Shown here: piece by piece, positions 60,424-62,006 of the stretch | Layout: every line of letters starts with the position of its first letter | How positions within the stretch are numbered: position 1 is the stretch's first letter | Origin: a virus | Taxonomy: Duplodnaviria; Caudoviricetes | Length of the DNA stretch: 62,006 nt | IMG/VR virus record: IMGVR_UViG_3300028394_000083 | Span: 1-62,006 of that record | Strand: one strand, 5' to 3' | Made by a program: the position numbers and the translations under genes | The notes under the pieces: model-generated | Database searches by the model: none | What the model was told of the DNA's origin: nothing | The model's input: the letters and a program-made list of their open reading frames with translations, nothing else

Positions 60424-61388
60424 AAATAATAATAACAGAAAACCAGTATAAAAAATTAATGGAGGGATTGGCGGATGATGACGTATTTAGAGATACCATT
60501 AAAGGTTATGAATCTACAGTTATAGATTCAAGTGGACAACACTATACTTTTGATGATAAAGACCCAAAAAATCCGAAGACGTTTGTTAAATCATCTGCAG
60601 ATAAAAAAGGTGGAACACTAACAATTGGTTGGGGACATACAGGAGAAAACGCAAAACCAGGTAAAAAAATTTCAAATCAAAAGGCTGAAGAATTATTAAC
60701 AAGTGATATAACAAAAGAAGAAAATAAGGCAAAAACAATTTTTCCTAAGTATACTTCATATCCACTATATGTACAAAGAGCGTTAGTAAACGCCGTTTAT
60801 AGAGGTGAGGCTAAAAGCACATATGAATGGGTTAAGTCGATAAATTCGGGTAAATGGAGTACCGCAGCAACACAATATTTAGAAGGTTGGAACATAAATT
60901 TTTCCCAAGCAAATGACCCAAAATACAAAGGAGGGGTTGCTGACAGAATGGTAACCAATCAAAAGGCCTTTAAACAATATGCGGAAGAATTAAAAAAAGG
61001 TAAAACAACCACAACCACAACCACCACAAAAAAAGAAACCACTACAACTGAATTAAAATATGAAACAGATGAATTAAGTTTTACGTATTTAGAGTTTGAA
61101 TTAGATAATCTTACTCAAAACACTACATATAAATTACATCAATTTCCTAAATCGGACCCTGTAAATTATAGATTAGAAGTAGGACCATATCCGCCAGCAC
61201 AAAGAGAAGGTAGATATTTAGTTTTTTTTAGAAATGGAAACATTAAATGGTATAATGGCAATGAGTTCTCATCTTATGTTGGCAAATGGGGATATAACAC
61301 AGAAAATGATGATTGGAAAATAATTGGTAAAAACGGTAAAATAAGTTTATCAACAGCATTAAACCAACCAGTAAATAATTTTGCATAA
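60420..61388 (+). CDS. leader-bearing phage lysozyme (GH24-like) domain protein
   Basis: MKIIITENQYKKLME; YE...D...TIGWGH...AEELLTSD...ALVNAVY. Confidence 0.72.
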   Translation: MKIIITENQYKKLMEGLADDDVFRDTIKGYESTVIDSSGQHYTFDDKDPKNPKTFVKSSADKKGGTLTIGWGHTGENAKPGKKISNQKAEELLTSDITKEENKAKTIFPKYTSYPLYVQRALVNAVYRGEAKSTYEWVKSINSGKWSTAATQYLEGWNINFSQANDPKYKGGVADRMVTNQKAFKQYAEELKKGKTTTTTTTTKKETTTTELKYETDELSFTYLEFELDNLTQNTTYKLHQFPKSDPVNYRLEVGPYPPAQREGRYLVFFRNGNIKWYNGNEFSSYVGKWGYNTENDDWKIIGKNGKISLSTALNQPVNNFA

Positions 61389-61392
61389 TAAA

Positions 61393-61962
61393 ATGAAAAT
61401 AATATTAACAGAAGACCAATATAACGAACTAAATGTGAAAACGTTTAAGGAATTTTTATATAAGTTTTGGGATAGTGAGAAAAAACGAGGAGAAGAACCA
61501 ACACTTGACGATATTGTTTACCAAATGAGTGGAGTAAAAAAAGGTAGTGAAGAGGATAACCGAACAATACGACCTATATGGTATGACTATAACGGAGGGC
61601 ATGAGAAGTTGGTTGAAAAATTAAAAAAAGAAATATTATATAAAGAATTAAGTTTTGAAGGTAACCAAAACTTAAAACTAACATTTATGGTGGATCAGAT
61701 AGAATCCTATGGTGATGGAAGATGGAAAGGTGAGGTTGATATTAGTTGTGTTTTGTTAAATGGGACTGTTGATGGGTATGTTTATAATTATAACAGTGAC
61801 GAGATGGTTATGAAACCAAATATGGATATTGGAGATCAGTACGCTGAATTGGAATATGATACACAAGATTTTGAATATTTTTTAAAAGACGAGATACAAA
61901 GTTTTTTGGATCCCATAATGGAAAGGTATGGAATACCTTATCATCTTGAAATGCTTGTATAA
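61393..61962 (+). CDS. leader-bearing hypothetical protein
   Basis: MKIILTEDQYNEL. Confidence 0.75.
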   Translation: MKIILTEDQYNELNVKTFKEFLYKFWDSEKKRGEEPTLDDIVYQMSGVKKGSEEDNRTIRPIWYDYNGGHEKLVEKLKKEILYKELSFEGNQNLKLTFMVDQIESYGDGRWKGEVDISCVLLNGTVDGYVYNYNSDEMVMKPNMDIGDQYAELEYDTQDFEYFLKDEIQSFLDPIMERYGIPYHLEMLV

Positions 61963-62006
61963 TGAAAATAATAATAACAGAGAGTCAGTATAGAATATTA
62001 CAAGAA
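61962..62006 (+). CDS. leader-bearing protein (truncated by window end)
   Basis: MKIIITESQYRILQE. Confidence 0.7.
   Translation, partial: MKIIITESQYRILQE

Noticed and set aside
1-62006. Alternative genetic code or stop-codon reassignment
   Set aside because: Known genes (thyA, methyltransferase, ligase) are intact in the standard code, TAG and TGA are used as stops, and no clear suppressor tRNA was found.

Overview
AT-rich, gene-dense 62 kb segment of a large tailed-phage genome. The host is probably Bacteroidota: there are many TTG...TAnnTTTG promoters, no Shine-Dalgarno motifs, and TonB and lipoprotein genes. The window holds a DNA methyltransferase, thyA, a lysis cassette, RNA-repair enzymes, seven free-standing endonucleases, a ~0.8 kb structured ncRNA, about 25 tRNA and tRNA-like genes in two arrays, and about 25 unrelated proteins sharing an N-terminal 'MKxIxLTEx(Q/D)L...IKE' leader. 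The main observation is that each tRNA array is preceded by an unannotated short leader ORF followed by an intrinsic terminator, and the codons of each leader match the tRNA species in its own array (array 1: C,N,P,S,I,Q,W,F,V,Y,R,T,L,K,H,M; array 2: I(ATA),L,G,A,E,D). This looks like a ribosome-mediated attenuator that switches on phage tRNA transcription when the matching host tRNAs fail. All calls were made by eye, with no database searches or folding software.
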